From Octopus sinensis (lineage: Eukaryota), in contig NC_043007.1 in the NCBI RefSeq assembly GCF_006345805.1, positions 60,140,001 through 60,204,000 of the forward strand: a DNA stretch of 64,000 bases, written 5' to 3'. Below are positions 26,283 to 39,800 of the stretch, one piece after another (positions within the stretch are counted from its first letter, which is position 1; each line of letters begins with the position of its first letter). The notes beneath the pieces were generated by a model. It saw nothing but the letters and a program-made list of their open reading frames with translations, was not told the origin of the DNA and made no database searches. The translations under genes were made by a program, and so were the position numbers.

Positions 26283-28050
26283 GATAGATAGATATGTGTG
26301 TGTATATAATTTCGGTATGAACCGAGGGGTTTACTTCATTAAGGTCATCCACAGGTATTGGCTATCAGATAAGACAGTAATCTGGAGATTGTTTTACCAA
26401 ACATATCTGAAAATCCAAATAGCCGTAGTTTTTATTATGACAAACAAAAAGAGTGAAGTGAGCAAGTCTTTATTTCATCAATTACAAAACACTTTCTCAT
26501 TCCGTTTTTCCTTGTCATTAATAATGTGTGTGTATGTTCAGTGTGTAGAAGATAGATAGATGTACAGACACACGCATACGCACAAAATAAATTATCTCAA
26601 TAATGACGTTTTAAATAACCTAATTGAAAATGATTTTCGTGTGTGTGTGTGTACACTTTGATTCTTTGTCGGAATATTTCTTGTGTATATGTAGATGTTA
26701 CTCCTGAACAATGTTGCACTCGGATCAGTCTTACAAGCTAAAACTCTGAGTGGGAATTTAACTCGAGTGCGTGTGCGTGTGAAAACCTAGAAATTCCTTG
26801 TTGCCTTAAATTACTCCTATTTACTGTCAGAATCCAATACATTTTGGATGTGTGTATGTCATTAATTAATGGCCTTCCAAAGGCAACTTGAAATTTTACT
26901 CTAGCTTTTCTTTCTGTTCCAATTTATTATTTTAAATCTCCTTTCTTCGACAACGTTAAATAGCATGTATGTATATATATTTATATACACACACTAACAC
27001 GTGTGTATGCGTGTGTGTGTAATATATATATATGTGTGTGTGTGTGTGAGAGAGAGAAATATACACAAACACACACGCACATACATCTATCGTTTCTAGC
27101 ATTCCACCATCTTTGTACTCTACTGTTGTATTTCGCACCAATTTCTTTGTTGATATCCTACATTTTCACTTTCATTTCGTTATTTTAACAAATATTAATC
27201 CCCACGTCTTGTTATTTTTACTCGTTAACACTAAGAAAGCCTTTCTAAAAGTGAACGTGGGAAGATATATAAATAATAATATATAATGTCTTGGTAGGGA
27301 GGAAATGGTTTTCTGTGTTGGAATTTTCGATTCCGCTTCATCTCGGAAAGCTTTCTCTCTGGATATGTTTACTGAGCTGCTAAAAATGATGCAATTCTGT
27401 GTCTAATGCGGAGGAGGAGAACAGTAGAAAAGTGTTTGGTGCTTTTGTCGTATTGCATTATGCCGCAGATCAAACCATTTTCTTCCTGACCTATTCCGCT
27501 TCTATGGAGAATATTGTTTTTTTTCCTTTCTGTTTCTCACGTTATATATATATATATATATAACCATTATAATTATTCATTCTTAGAATTACCAGTTCTT
27601 TTTAACTCGTTGCCAAATGCTGGGGATCTTATATATTCTTTTGCTTCTATCTCTTTTTGTCGTGTGAGGTTCGCCTCTTGCAATGTATTTTGGGATTTAT
27701 AGAAGATCCTTGCTTCTTCAGCTTAAATATTGTTTAAAAATTCCTGTTGACCTCCACCTCTCATCATAATTACGACAAGTAGGGGAGATTTATTGTGTAT
27801 TAACTATTTTTACATATGATGCTGCTGCTGCTATCAGCAAATTTTAGTCGACTCTGCTGGAGTAAGGAAGGAATCAGGTTCTTTGGTAATAGCACCATAT
27901 TGATACTGTATTGTGTTCTACACCATGTTATCGTTAGTTCAGATATATAACGTTCTGCCTGTGAATTTTAAATCTAGGTCTTGTAGGGTTTTTTTAGAGG
28001 TTCCTTTGATCATCTATTTGTTACACAACGTGGAACTCCTCTTGGAGGAA
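24000..28050 (+). promoter_or_regulatory. CpG-retaining island, probable promoter or alternative first exon region
   Basis: CpG reappears abruptly between two depleted domains. YY1-like aatatggctgcc at 24906; donor-like sites gatg|gtaaga (24858), ccgg|gtgagt (24884) and acag|gtaaaa (about 24447). Confidence 0.5.
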
Positions 28051-28204
28051 TCACGCAAATATCTTCTGTGAAGCTTTAAAATTTTTAGTTTTTGCCTTCA
28101 AGGCCTCATGCAAAAACGGTTTCGAGTTTGCCATTTTATACACAATAACATACCGCCTGTATGTATGTGTGTGTATATATATACACATACATATATACAC
28201 ACAC

Positions 28205-28400
28205 ATCATCATTGTTTTAACGCGCATTCTTTTCATGCTTGCATGGGTTGGACAGAGATCATTGAAGCAGATTTTCCTGTTGCCAACCCTCACACTGTTT
28301 CTAGACAAGGTTATATTTCCCCATTGCTAGAGATGTTTGTACAAGATATTTGAAATGAATGACACTGCTTGTATGTCAAGTTGTCAAGACAAGGAGACAT
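28205..28400 (-). mobile_element. SINE family B, minus strand
   Basis: Begins with a catcatcat tail and ttttcatgcttgcatgggttggac. Similar copies are at 51970-52200, 55735-55880 and 62015-62260. Confidence 0.7.
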
Positions 28401-28609
28401 ACATAAACACACATGTTATGGGTTTCTTTGAATTTCCATCTATCAGATCCACAAGGTGTTGATTGGCTTGGTGTTGATTGAATTTTATGTCATAAAGTGT
28501 GATGTGTTCTACCAGATCAAGCAATATTACCATTTTTATGCATGAAAATAACAAACATACATAGTATTATATGTAAGCATAAAAACATTGGAAGAGAAAT
28601 ATATATATA

Positions 28610-28982
28610 GGCACAGGAGTGGCTGTGTGGTAAGTAGCTTGCTAACCAACCACATGGTTCCGGGTTCAGTCCCACTGCGTGGCATCTTGGGCAAGTGTCT
28701 TCTGCTATAGCCCCGGGCCAACCAATGCCTTGTGAGTGGATTTGGTAGATGGAAACTGAAAGAAGCCTGTCATATATATGTTTGTGTGTCTGTGTTTGTT
28801 CCCCTAGCATTGCTTTACAACCGATGCTGGTGTGTTTATGTCCCCAACACTTAGCGGTTCGGCAAAAAGAGATGGATAGAATAAGTACTGGGCTTACAAA
28901 AAGAATAAGTTCCGGGGTCAAGTTGCTCGACTAAAGGCGGTGCTCCAGCATAGCCGCAGTCAAATGACTGAAACGAGTAAAA
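28610..28982 (+). mobile_element. SINE family A, full length
   Basis: ggcacaggagtggctgtgtggtaagtagc...ggttcagtccc...cttgggcaagtgtc...ggcggtgctccagcatagccgcagtc. Confidence 0.92.
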
Positions 28983-28997
28983 TGAGAATCATAATAT

Positions 28998-31080
28998 AAT
29001 AGGGTATGTTCTGTTTTCTGAATGAGAAGTAGTAGTTGAATTACTGGGGGGATGGCCATATATTTTTGCAAATGCCATTTCAAGTTGAGGATTTCACTTT
29101 CTCTCATCACTCGGTTGTGTTAACCACAGCATCTATTTTGTTAAACTTCATCTCTTACTGTACATTTATCCTCCCTATTAATTTGCTTTTATAAATTGTT
29201 TGAAAGTTCTCAGATAATATACCTGGAAATTGTCATACCTTGATCCATTAACTGGATCAAAGAAGTATTCTTGGGGATATATTCTACCCTCACATTATGA
29301 GAAAGCCCATTTAAGTTCACTGGTTGACTTGATGCTTTGTCTAAAAAGTGCAATGCTTTGTTGGAAATATTGTGTGTGACACTATACTTTTCCACAGCAA
29401 GACACAAAGATATTTGTAAACCATTCTTTAGAAAGGTTCCTAGTCATCTAATCCTTATTTGAGTGTTAAATCAGAGGTAGATTAAACTTTGCATAACCCT
29501 TGAAAGCCCTTGGATTTTTCAGAGTGATCTTTATATAGAGACTTTATTTTCATATCACCAACAGCATTTCTTTCTTGTAGAAATGTCGGACAATTTTTGG
29601 TGTTGATTTTTCTTGTCAAGAAATAAAAGTTGTAGTGGGCATGTACTTCCAGAAAAGTGCAATTTCATCATTATTTTGTATTTGTTCTGGTGTATAATCT
29701 TCTTTGGCAGTCATTTTCTTCAGCTGCTCAGAATAAATTGTAGATGCCTCCTGTATCAACACTGGCAGCTTCACCAGTCATTTTCACATTGTGAGAATTT
29801 AAGTGCTTTTTAAACCTTTCAAGCTAGCTTTTACTGGCCAGAAATGGTTTTTCATTAGAAGTTACATCTTCCCTTTTTTTTTTTTTTTGCAAATCATCAT
29901 ACAAATCATATAAACTGTATTTTTTTTAAATTACCATAGTGCTCAAGTCTATGCTGAGCTTGACCCTTAATTTATACACTAATGTGCTTCTCACTTTAGA
30001 TCTATGAAAAAATAAGTCCAAGCATTCTAATTAATTTTCTTTCTATTGTCATGTATTGTTCTAACTGAAGATGTTGCAAGCTTTAGTGTTTTGGCAATGT
30101 GGCTGACTCTTCCTCCAGCATCAACCTTTTTTAAAACCTTGAGTTTAATATCCTGTGTAATCCTTTTACTGTTTCTTTTCGCACTACTATCTTCTGTTCC
30201 ACTTGATGGCGTCTTTCCAGACATCTTGAATTATAGATAAATCCAACAGCAGCTGCTGTGAATATTATCAAAAACATATGTAATAAAAAAAAATAGCTCC
30301 AGAAGTATGGAAATGAAAAGGTGAAGAAGTGAGGTGGGAGGAGATACTGTATGATTACATTTAACTGAATGATTACCAGGTTTATGGGTATTATGCCCCT
30401 TGTTGGCTTAACACCTTAAAATTCCACACTACTTTCACACACAAACACACACCATTGTGTTGACATATAACATACATAGCTAAAGACATTTCTATCAATC
30501 TGATACTATTATTGTTGTCAATTACTTGTGGGTTGGTTGTGGCGGTGCCGTTGGCTCTTTTGGTTTTGGTGTTGATATTTGCAGTGGTGAGAGTATTGTT
30601 GCTAATGGCAGAGGTTTTATTATTCTTGTTAATTGCATTGTTGCTGCTTAGTCTCAAGTCGATCCTCATTGACCTAAGATCAAAAAACATTTCAACTTTT
30701 AAAATATACTAGGCTACCACATTATCTTATATCTTTTATTTTAAATTGAGCTGCTTATCTTCTTCATGTTGTTGTTGTTCCTTTAGGTATTGGTGAATTG
30801 GTGATGATGGTAGTTGTATAGGTTTTAGTGGTGGTTGTATTGGTGTTGATGAAATACATGTATTTATATGATTATAGTTTTCAGATTGTTAACTATACTT
30901 TGATCTTGGTTACAATGCCAGAAAGCAGCCATTTGGTTGAGAAGAAAGGATAGTTTTTAAATTGCTTAAATTTTCTGAGCCTTTCATAAAGGCATAATGA
31001 CAGACCATATCCTGAAATTAGCGATCATATTTCACTGATTTCCATAACCATGAGATCCCATAACCTGAGGTAGCTGTAAT
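28998..31080 (-). mobile_element. Second decayed Tigger/pogo copy with an internal deletion
   Basis: 30027-30224 reads MSGKTPSS...KRITQDIKLKVLKKVDAGGRVSHIAKTLKLATSSVRTI (psq-type HTH). 29210-29407 reads KALHFLDKASSQP...VEYIPKNTSLIQLMDQG (DDE_1). Confidence 0.85.
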
Positions 31081-31389
31081 GCAGGGGATGCTTGCATGTA
31101 TGTATGTGTGTGTGTATGTATATATATTACATAGTGGTCAATATTTACTGACCACTATTTACCTGCAATAAGATTTAAATGCAATATATGAGATAAAGAT
31201 AACAACATGCAAATTCATCATTATCATCATCATCAAATTAATGTTAAATTTCAAAACCTCCTCAACCCATTAATAAAATATATTGCAGCCAAAATACACT
31301 GGATCGCAAGGGATTGCAACCCCAGCCAATGTCGCAACCAGTTTGTAACCTGGTTGTAAATGTGAGCACTGACATATCATTTCATGTAC

Positions 31390-31560
31390 ATATCAATGGC
31401 AACATGTAGGCAACTGGCTGGATGGATTGTAAGAACTTTCAGAACAAGAGACCAGGAAACAGTGCTGGTCTATTTGTCCTAATTATCTAAGGACTGTGTC
31501 TGACCTCTAAGTAGTAATGAAGAAAATGTCAATTCCCATCATGTAATGATGGTTTAAAAT
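31390..31560 (+). mobile_element. CR1-like LINE fragment
   Basis: Reads AGWIVRTFRTRDQETVLV, homologous to the relic at 22.1 kb. Confidence 0.6.
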
Positions 31561-32111
31561 TCTTTGACCAGTGAAATTACAGAGGTTTCCATGAAATGTA
31601 AATAAAATTAAACTTGAATGTTCAAAATAACATTTTACTCTGCTTTATATTCAATCATATTTTCAGTGGAATTAAAATTAATTTTTTTCTCACATTTTGT
31701 ATTTAGCTTAACTTTTCTATTTCAAACCCAATGATATATGTCTACACTGATTGAAAATTTTCAGCTTTTAGTATATAGTTAACTCCCTCTTTAGTATATG
31801 TTGTATCATCCTTCTTTCACATGGCCACTTCATTGTTAGAAAGTCGATTGTAAAAATATGCCTATGGACAATATTTCTTTGAAATATGTTTGTAAATTAG
31901 AGCTATATTAGATCTATTTACTGAGCCAACAATTAAGGTTTTCTAGTTCATCTTTGTCTTTAATAGATTGTTGATTCATGCTTTCTTATCAGAGATATTT
32001 AAAAAAGGCAGAATGGATGACTTAGTGTTTATTGATCTTATGCACGTATTGAAATATAACTTCTATTGTTTGCTGTATTAATTTTTAATTCTAATCGTAT
32101 ATTACTTTCAG

Positions 32112-32201
32112 GCAATATTCCTAAGCTTTTGTGCAAAATAATACAATCTTTTCTTGCAAACGACTGCAACTGCTTAACTTGCTTAACAGGATGTTGTTAT
32201 T
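32112..32201 (+). CDS. Candidate exon (90 nt), possibly carrying the start codon ATG 32191 (MLL...)
   Basis: Branch-like ctaat, acceptor attactttcag| and donor tatt|gtaaga. Confidence 0.35.
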
Positions 32202-32667
32202 GTAAGATAAAAAAATCATATAGAAAGCTCTTTCTTTATGGTCTTTAGAAAGGAGGGGAAAAAATATTTCCTTAAGGTTTCATGTTCTCTGGGCCATAAT
32301 CTCAGGATCAGTCTAGGCTACCTTTGATTAGAGCTTCCAGAGATTTTAGTTGAAGGTGACAAAATGAATGCCCTTTCATTTATGTAATCTTATTCATCTT
32401 TTAAAATGGCTCCTGCTTAATACAATTTGTGTTTTGTAGCAACTGTGTTTGTTTTAAACCACAGTTGGCCCATTTTATGTATTTGTACTTAAGCTATATT
32501 CACCTTGAGAAATGATCACTAAATAAGACCAAGTAAATGATACAAGACAGATATAAACACTGATTTGGAGCAAAGCAGTAGCGGGGGGAGTCATTGAGTC
32601 AGTAAACTGAGAACTGCACTCATTTTCTATGTATAGTTGTGACTTGTGATATATGTGATGTAAATGA

Positions 32668-33010
32668 ATGATATAAAAGGGTGAAGGCCCCCTTCGATCA
32701 GGAATGACCATGGGATTGCACCCAGAAAGTGCCTCCACAGTACAAGTCTGGGTAAGATTGTTTATGGAAGACCAGCAGTTACCTATGCATACCAGCCTCC
32801 CCTTTCCACACCGCCAATGTTATCCAAGGGAAAGGTAAAAGCAGGTACAGCTTGGCACCTGTGATGTCACAACTCATTTCCATAGCTGAGTGAACTGGAG
32901 CAATATGAAATGAAGTGTCTTGCTCAAAAACACAATACACAGGCTGGTCCAGAAATCAAATACACTACCTCTTGATTGTGAGCCCGACACTCTAGCCACT
33001 GAGCCTTGTA
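32668..33010 (-). mobile_element. SINE family D (tRNA head, CORE-like centre, RTE-like tail)
   Basis: Reverse complement of the element at 41305-41635, sharing cccatggtcatt and gatcgaagggg. A partial copy is at 49000-49215. Confidence 0.75.
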
Positions 33011-33204
33011 CCTTCATCATGAATATAAAATCAGAAATATACTGTACATTTCAATCTAATTCACTTAGCACATTTTCCATCTGTAAGCTATTGATTTTAA
33101 ATATGCTAATTACTTTATAAATGAATTTTCAAATAATCCAATAAACCATATTAAAACGAAACTCTAAAATGTAAAAGGTTTTGATTTTGTACTAGTTGTG
33201 AATG

Positions 33205-34619
33205 TGTGTTAAGAAGTTTGCTTACCAACCACATGGTTCCAGGTTTACTCCCACTGTGTGGCACCTTGGGCAAGTCTCTTCTACTGTAGCCCCAAGCAAA
33301 CCAAAAGCCTTGTGAGTGGATTCGGTAGATGGAAACTAAAAGAAGCCCATCATACTGGTGAGTGTGTGTGTGTGTGTTTGCCCCTTCCTCCATTTTCACT
33401 TAATTAGTGGGGTTGGTTTGTTTGAATCCCTGTAACTTAGCAGTTCAACCAAACATAAAAAAAGTACTGGGGTTGATTTGTTACTGCCATAACAAATGTG
33501 ACAGCCCTGGCTTTGCTATTTCACTGAATAACTAAAAAACAAGCAACTATGCTTCAAATGCCAAGCATTATTATGATTACTAAAAGATCAAATATTATTT
33601 TAAAACATTAAATCCTGTTCAAAGAAATTTCTGAGTTAAAATTCTAGAATAATAATATTCATCATGAGATAAGCGCTATTACAATCATGGCTGTTATTGA
33701 TCAAATGTTAGGCTTCAGTTAATGTTAGCCAAAACTAACTCAATAATTAAAAAAAAGGTAATAAATTGGTGATTTATCTTTTACTTTTTTCAGTCATTAG
33801 ATTGCAGCTATATCAGGGTACTGCCTCAGTGGAGTTTAGTTGCACTAATTGACCCCAGTATTTATTTTCTTTTTAAGCCTGATACTTATTCTATTGGTCA
33901 CTCAAGCTGAACCACTAAGTTTTAGGGATGTAGACACCAACACCATTTGTCAAGCAGTGGTGGAGGATAATATTTACACATATGGGTTTCTTTCTGTTTC
34001 TGTCTACCAAAGCCACTGTCAGCCTGAGTCTATAGTAGAAAATACTTGCCCAAAATGTCATACAGTGGAATTGAACCAAGAACCATTTGGTTGAAAAGCA
34101 AGATTCTAACCACACAGTCATGCTTGTTGGTTCTGTTCTTTTTGTATTTTGGTCTTTTTGTTTAGAAATTCTTTAAATGTATTTGCATATGTATTGATGA
34201 GTGTAAATTACAGCAGAAGGTTGGGGACTTCTCACATAGAGGAATCCTTGTTGCTTAGAAGTTTTAATTGTTGTTGTTTAGCTTGAGTCAGCCATGATTA
34301 AGCAGGTCTAGGAGGAAAGCCACCTATCCATGACTAGGAGGCTTTATATATCATGACCTGCATTTGCTAATGTGTATGTGTGCACACGTGTGTGTGTGTA
34401 TATATTCTTTTATTTGTTTCAGTCATTTGAGTGTGGCCATGCTGGAGCACCACCTTTAGTTGAACAAATTGACCCTTGTTGAACCACTAAGTTATGGGAA
34501 CATAAACACACCAACATCGGTGTCAAACGATATATATACATATATATATACACACACGACCGGCTTCTTTCAGTTTCCCCCTACGAAATCCACTCACAAG
34601 GCTTTAGTCGGCCTGATAT

Positions 34620-34655
<36 letters not shown>

Positions 34656-34916
34656 CATACATACATACATATGAAGTGTATATTCAGTATGGAGCAAAAG
34701 TCTAAGGTCCTGATAGTGTGTAAAGTTAGCGTATTTCCAGAGAAGCACCCAACCCAGATACTGGGTTATCAGCACTGTTAGGTTCCAGGCCAATGCCAGA
34801 ATTCCTCAGGTGTAGAAAATCCAGGTTTCACGACGATCATACCGTAAATTGGATTTGGTTAAAAAATTCTAACGAATCATTAAAGATGTGTTAAAAAATT
34901 TTCTGTGTTATTATTT

Positions 34917-34961
<45 letters not shown>

Positions 34962-35320
34962 GATCTTGTTTCAGTCTTTCGACTACAGCCATAGTGGGGC
35001 ACTGCCTTGAAGGATTTAGTCCAACAAGTTCACTCCAATACTTATTATTTTTAAACCTGGTATATCATGGGCTTCTTTCAGTTTCCATCTATCAAATCCA
35101 CTCACATGGCTTATCTGTATATAGTCAAGCTGCTGCTTTGTACCAAACTTAGAACTGTTACTAATCCATCTTTTTAACCACACAAATTTATGTGTATTAT
35201 TAGGTGTGATCTCACTGTGTGGAAGCTGTTGGCAAGTGTCCTTTGCTATAGTCCAGAGTTGAGTAATACCTTGTTAGTGAAACTGGTAGACAGACTGAAG
35301 AACCTCATATGTATGAGTTC
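33205..35320. mobile_element. Cluster of decayed SINE family A copies (33205-33485 +, 33785-34135 -, 34403-34612 -, 34965-35112 -, 35200-35320 +)
   Basis: Shared family motifs with CpG>TpG/CpA decay. Confidence 0.75.
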
Positions 35321-35623
35321 CTATTTACCCTCATCTTTACATGTATTCACTGGTTTTAAATAGAAGCATTGTTTGCTTACAGTTCACTGCAAAAGCATGT
35401 TCAGGCTTCGTGACATATCTTGATATGTTATATGATCTGTATAAACAAAAGGCTCAATCAAATAGTGTTGTTTGTTTCCAGTTTTCAATCTAACCATGTT
35501 GAGGCTATTTACTGTCTGCATGGAAACAGGTGAGTTAGCATTACAAAATACATCCATCCTTAGAAGCCTCTGCTCTGGCTTAGTCTCATCTGACCCAGGA
35601 AAGCATGGAACTGTTAACTTTAA

Positions 35624-35844
35624 CCATTTAGCATTTAAGCTGGCTATGTCTCGCCCAAATATTCTACCTGTGATATGTTCAAACTGGCCAGATCCAGTCT
35701 CTCACACCAACGCCAAATTGTCATTCTAAAAATAATCATATCATAGAAATCATGAAGGTACAAAATAATGCATGATTAATTCTAATCAAAATGAATAAAT
35801 AAGTTTCACATTCAACATTCAACCTTAATTTCAATGCTAAAAGG
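35624..35844. mobile_element. piggyBac-type MITE family P1
   Basis: ttaa|ccattagcattt ... aatgctaaaagg|ttag. Confidence 0.7.
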
Positions 35845-36464
35845 TTAGAAAATATTGATGATGAGGCGGTTTTCAACTGTTTATAAACTGGTGTAACACA
35901 AACTGATAGCATATATTTCTGTAATATAATGATAGGTGTCTTTGCTAATTCAGGTGCATTTTGATAGTAGTTGTTTTACATATCTCTATCAGTTGACAAA
36001 TGATCACAGCATAGGGCAATATTATGTTAAGGTACATCTTGATCTTGTTTGGCCTTCAGTATAGAAATTTAATTCATATTTCCACTGAATGTGTACAGAT
36101 ATTGAATTTTGTCATTCATTGCTATGCCATACCTTTTGTACTTTGTTCTTTTCACTGTTATAAACTCCACAATAGTCTCTAGTTTCTAGTGTAATTATAT
36201 AAGATGTTTATAACTAAATGAGAGGTTATGTGACTCCCAACAACACCACAGTCAGTAATTGTCTCTTCCTCCTCCTCTTTATACGGATTCAAATCACAAA
36301 ACTGTAATTAATGACCATGCATTCTCACTTCCCTTTGGTCTTTGTATCAAATAAATTACTGTGATGTTTTCATTTATTTCTGCCTGAAGACGGGGTAGAG
36401 ACTTTAAAATATATTTTTTGCTTCATTTCTTTAATACTACTACTTTTTCTCCCACACAGTTGCA

Positions 36465-36630
36465 AGCAAGGCTGTGTGGTTAAGAAGTTCACTTCTCAAC
36501 CATATAGCTTCAAGCTCAGTCCCACTGCCATACACTTTATGCAAATGTTTTTGTGCTCTAGGCCACCCAAAGCTTTCTGAGTGGATTTGGCAGACAGAAA
36601 CTGAAGAAGCCCATCATATATGTGTGTTTA
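36465..36630 (+). mobile_element. SINE family A 5' half, decayed
   Basis: ggctgtgtggttaagaag...cagtccc...gaagcccatcata. Further copies are at 38095-38362 -, 39810-40210 -, 52215-52392 -, 55880-56065 -, 59778-59960 +, 62265-62405 - and 62595-62760 +. Confidence 0.75.
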
Positions 36631-38499
36631 TTTTGTTTGCTTACACCTACTGCTCACTTTTTGAAAAGTCATGACATTTGCACTGTGTTTATTGGCATTT
36701 TGCCTGTCGATAATTCATTTGCTTCTTAAAAACAGACAAGGGTTTTTACATATCTCTATTGAAAACAGACAAGGGCATCTAGCTGTAGATCAGTGCTTCA
36801 ATAACATAGCATGGAAAAAGCAGACATTACATTTACAAACAAAATAATGAATTAAAGAACATGCTGGGCTGCTGTATCCCTCTGTCATCACTTTATCCCT
36901 TGGATCACAGACTTCTGTCCCTTTTGCCATCTCAATCATATTACCTTGAATATTTGAACTTAACTCAGAATGCTAAGTACTCCTGTCCTTCATCCCACAG
37001 TCACACTCCCTTTCGTTATTAGCATTTATACTTCCATCACTCATGCTTCTAACTCTGTAAAGAGGTAAATGAACATACAGAGACACAGGGTTATGATGTC
37101 TGTTTAGTTGAAATGAGGACATGGCTGCTTCTCATGGCATGAAAGAAGCATCTAGTAAACTCTGTAAAACTGTTGGTATTAAGGACATTCAGCTGTAGAA
37201 ATTAAGCCAAAATGAAACCTGAGCAAGATAAGGTCCCTTCAACCTGCCACAGTGAGATCTGTCTAACCCATACCAGCATGAATAGGGGTCATAAAATGAT
37301 GATGATGATGAATATGCAGTGATTTTCAGTTATTGCTTAACTTGTATTTTTCAGTAGCCCAAGTAATATTGATTATCTTAAGTATAATTGAGTATAATTG
37401 AACTTTGATTATAGTATCAAAGATTTACTTTTGAATTTTACATGGTAATCATACTTTCATTTTATTATTAATGCTTATCATTATCGGCTTCATTAAGTGA
37501 TTTTTATTTTTTTAAATAATGTATAATTTTATCAAAGATTTTATTACAAATTGCTGACTTCAGATATATGTTATATTTTCTGGCTATCTTTTCAGCAATA
37601 AAACAATATTAATGATAAAAAGAGCATAGTGTCAGGTGCTACAGCACAAGACCAAGGAAACTTTCATTTCAGCTATGGACTGTGAACATGTTAAGGTACC
37701 ATGTTCAAGAGCTTAGTCAATCATAATGACTTCAGAATTTACTTCTTCAGTCTGATATTTTATCAGTTTCTGCTTATCAAACTAGCAATTTATGAGAATA
37801 AAGAGAGACAACACACATTCACATGCTCATACACACATGATAATTAGCAATGTGTATTTATTTATTTACTACCATACAAACAAAACAGAGTAGAAGCGGG
37901 GGTTGTCAAATGGCAACAGAGTGTGGGTAACAAGGAAGTATAATAGTGGAAGGATGAGTTATTCATCACTCTACAGAGGGGGCAAACATGGAAAAGAATG
38001 GATGAGAAAACTGAACATAAGGATGGCTTGAAGTAAGAGGTATTAACATTATGTTTGTTTTTAAGTAGAGAGTGAAACAAACTTAATATGCTGGAAGTCT
38101 GGTACTTATTCTATTGGTCTCTTTTGTTGCATCACTAAGTTTTCGAGGATGGACATAAACCAACGCTGGTTGTCAAGCAGTGATTAAGACACACATGTAT
38201 AAATACACACTGGGCTTCTTTTAGTTTCCGTTTACCATATCCACTCACAAGGCTTTGGTAGGCTTGAGGCTATAGGAGAAGACACTTGCCCAAAGTGCTA
38301 TGCTGTGAAACTGAACCCAAAATCTTGTGGTTGGCAAGCATACAGCCAACCTGTACCTATGAATATTGTGATAAAAGAACTTATAGAATACTGATAATTA
38401 CATATAAAGCTTTCAGTATTTTGTAAAAATTAAAATATTCTTCTAAATATAGATCATTGTTTTTAATTAAATTTTTATTACTGTCATTAAACTGTTCAG

Positions 38500-38517
38500 T
38501 GAACAGGTAAAAGTATG
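38500..38517 (+). CDS. Candidate 18-nt microexon (phase 2-2, EQVKV)
   Basis: AT/pyrimidine tract, ctgttcag|TGAACAGGTAAAAGTATG|gtaagc. Only one frame is open. Confidence 0.3.
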
Positions 38518-38748
38518 GTAAGCCAAAAAGTTGTCATCCTTGATGGTACAATTGCCTACATGCTTATATACTATTGTAACCCATCATTTTCAGCATGACA
38601 TGCACTATCACTTTTTCAAATTATTGATATGATTTTACAATTAAAATAAGTGTGAAGCTTTAGATAAGAAATTTACCAATCGGGTCATATGTCAAAAACT
38701 ATCATTTTTTTTATGACATTGGTACTAGCTTCTATGTGTGTGTATGTA

Positions 38749-38780
<32 letters not shown>

Positions 38781-38791
<11 letters not shown>

Positions 38792-39199
38792 ACACACACA
38801 CACACACACACAAGGTTGGCCAAAAGTCACCTGGTGCTTGAGGAGACCTATTGAGTCAAGTACATCATCAGCGATATAAAAATCAAATCAAATGGAAATT
38901 GTAGTTGTGAGACCCATGCCAGTAGCACGTGAAAAGCTCCATCCGAATGTGGCTGATGCCAGTGCTGCCTTGACTGGCATCTGTGCTAGTGGCACATAAA
39001 AAACACCATCCGATCGTGGTCGATGCCAGCTCCTTGGGCTCTTGTGCCAGTGGCATGTAAAAAGCACCCTCTACACACTCGGGGTGGTTGGCATTAGGAA
39101 GGGCATCCAGCTGTAGAAACATTGCCAGGTCAGTTTCCAGATCCCAGTCGAACCATCCAACCAATGCCAGCATGGAAAATGGACGTAAAAATGATCATG

Positions 39200-39252
<53 letters not shown>

Positions 39253-39659
39253 ACACACACACACACACACACAGGTTGGCCAAAAGTCACCTGGTGCTTG
39301 AGGAGACCTATTGAGTCAAGTACATCATCAGCGATATAAAAATCAAATCAAATGGAAATTGTAGTTGTGAGACCCATGCCAGTAGCACGTGAAAAGCTCC
39401 ATCCGAATGTGGCTGATGCCAGTGCTGCCTTGACTGGCATCTGTGCTAGTGGCACATAAAAAACACCATCCGATCGTGGTCGATGCCAGCTCCTTGGGCT
39501 CTTGTGCCAGTGGCATGTAAAAAGCACCCTCTACACACTCGGGGTGGTTGGCATTAGGAAGGGCATCCAGCTGTAGAAACATTGCCAGGTCAGTTTCCAG
39601 ATCCCAGTCGAACCATCCAACCAATGCCAGCATGGAAAATGGACGTAAAAATGATCATG

Positions 39660-39690
<31 letters not shown>
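38781..39690 (+). repeat. Essentially identical 460-bp tandem duplication containing a SINE family B
   Basis: The ORF track gives identical 96-aa ORFs at 38883 and 39343. The units are delimited by (TA)n(CA)n. Confidence 0.96.
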
Positions 39691-39691
<1 letters not shown>

Positions 39692-39698
<7 letters not shown>

Positions 39699-39800
39699 AC
39701 CGACCAGACCATCAGATGTTGTTACACATCGCTGGTCACAATATGTTCACATTGTTTTAGCCTTTGAATGGTGCCACCCCGCTGGCTGAGCGAGCAGGCC
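39692..39800. repeat. Fragment of a young interspersed repeat (CpG intact inside the depleted domain)
   Basis: atcacgtgaccgaccagaccatcagatgttgttacacatcgctggtcac...gctggctgagcgagcaggcc. It is bounded by (TA)n. Confidence 0.5.

Noticed and set aside
30391-30712. Hydrophobic 66-aa and 99-aa ORFs resembling membrane peptides
   Set aside because: They lie in the GT-rich non-coding 5' region of the Tigger relic, which is shared with the 19 kb copy.
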